Source of the DNA: Dictyostelium discoideum
Lineage: Eukaryota
NCBI GenBank assembly: GCA_000004695.1
Contig: CM000153.2
Location: 5,120,001-5,184,000, forward strand
Direction of reading: 5' to 3'
DNA: 64,000 nt
This document shows, one piece after another, positions 63,893 through 64,000 of the stretch. Below the pieces are notes generated by a model. That model did no database searches. It was not told where the DNA came from and saw only the letters and a list, made by a program, of their open reading frames with translations. The translations under genes and the position numbers were made by a program. Numbering within the stretch: the first letter of the stretch is position 1; each line of letters starts with the position of its first letter.

Positions 63893-64000
63893 TTATTTTT
63901 TATTTCTTTTTAAAGTTAAACTTTCAGAAATCTTTTTTAGGGTGTCACAAATTTCTTTGAAAGAAGGTCTCTTTTTAGGTTTATCTGTCCAACATGCTTT
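63893..64000 (-). CDS. C-terminal end of a protein kinase gene (3' partial in window; the gene continues beyond coordinate 64000)
   Basis: The minus strand reads ...KACWTDKPKKRPSFKEICDTLKKISESLTLKRNKK then TAA (63893-63895). CW.DP..RPSF.EI is the canonical kinase subdomain XI. Confidence 0.45.
   Translation of the reverse strand, partial: KACWTDKPKKRPSFKEICDTLKKISESLTLKRNKK

Overview
This is very AT-rich eukaryotic nuclear DNA with the hallmarks of Dictyostelium discoideum (social amoeba). Intergenic DNA has long homopolymer A/T tracts. Coding regions carry (AAT)n and (CAA)n runs that encode poly-Asn and poly-Gln. Introns are short (70-130 bp), AT-rich and bounded by GTAAGT...AG. A non-LTR retroelement cluster sits next to a tRNA gene, the typical target of tRNA-targeted retroelements. 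I could support about 22 protein-coding genes by manual exon reconstruction; several are multi-exon and appear only as fragments in the ORF track. The main genes, in order: a 5'-partial S1 RNA-binding-domain (RRP5-like) gene; a GT8 glycosyltransferase; a 1673-aa protein with LRR-like and ankyrin repeats; an Ariadne-type RBR E3 ubiquitin ligase on the minus strand (3 exons); a low-complexity protein whose C-terminal exon carries a G-patch; a secreted protein with a Frizzled-type cysteine-rich domain; two beta-helix proteins with Chlamydia-PMP-like repeats, one of them about 1680 aa and fused to a multi-pass membrane domain; a tandem cluster of three paralogs encoding a degenerate J-domain plus a tripartite carrier-like domain, one copy with an in-frame stop, with a small 3-exon gene between them that the ORF track misses; a 7-exon MFS/nodulin-like transporter; a 4-exon uncharacterized gene; an EGF-like type I membrane protein; a TRE5-A-like retroelement cluster (ORF1 intact) bounded by a 19-bp target-site duplication 45 bp upstream of a tRNA-Leu(UAA) gene; a histidine acid phosphatase; a 1000-aa coiled-coil protein with 42-bp tandem repeats; a small isolated intronless gene; a RING/B-box protein; a LisH/CTLH gene interrupted by an assembly gap; and the 3' end of a protein kinase gene on the minus strand at the window edge. 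Two runs of exactly 100 N, at 46320-46419 and 61760-61859, are assembly gaps. I found no rRNA genes, no CRISPR arrays and no prokaryote-like operons.
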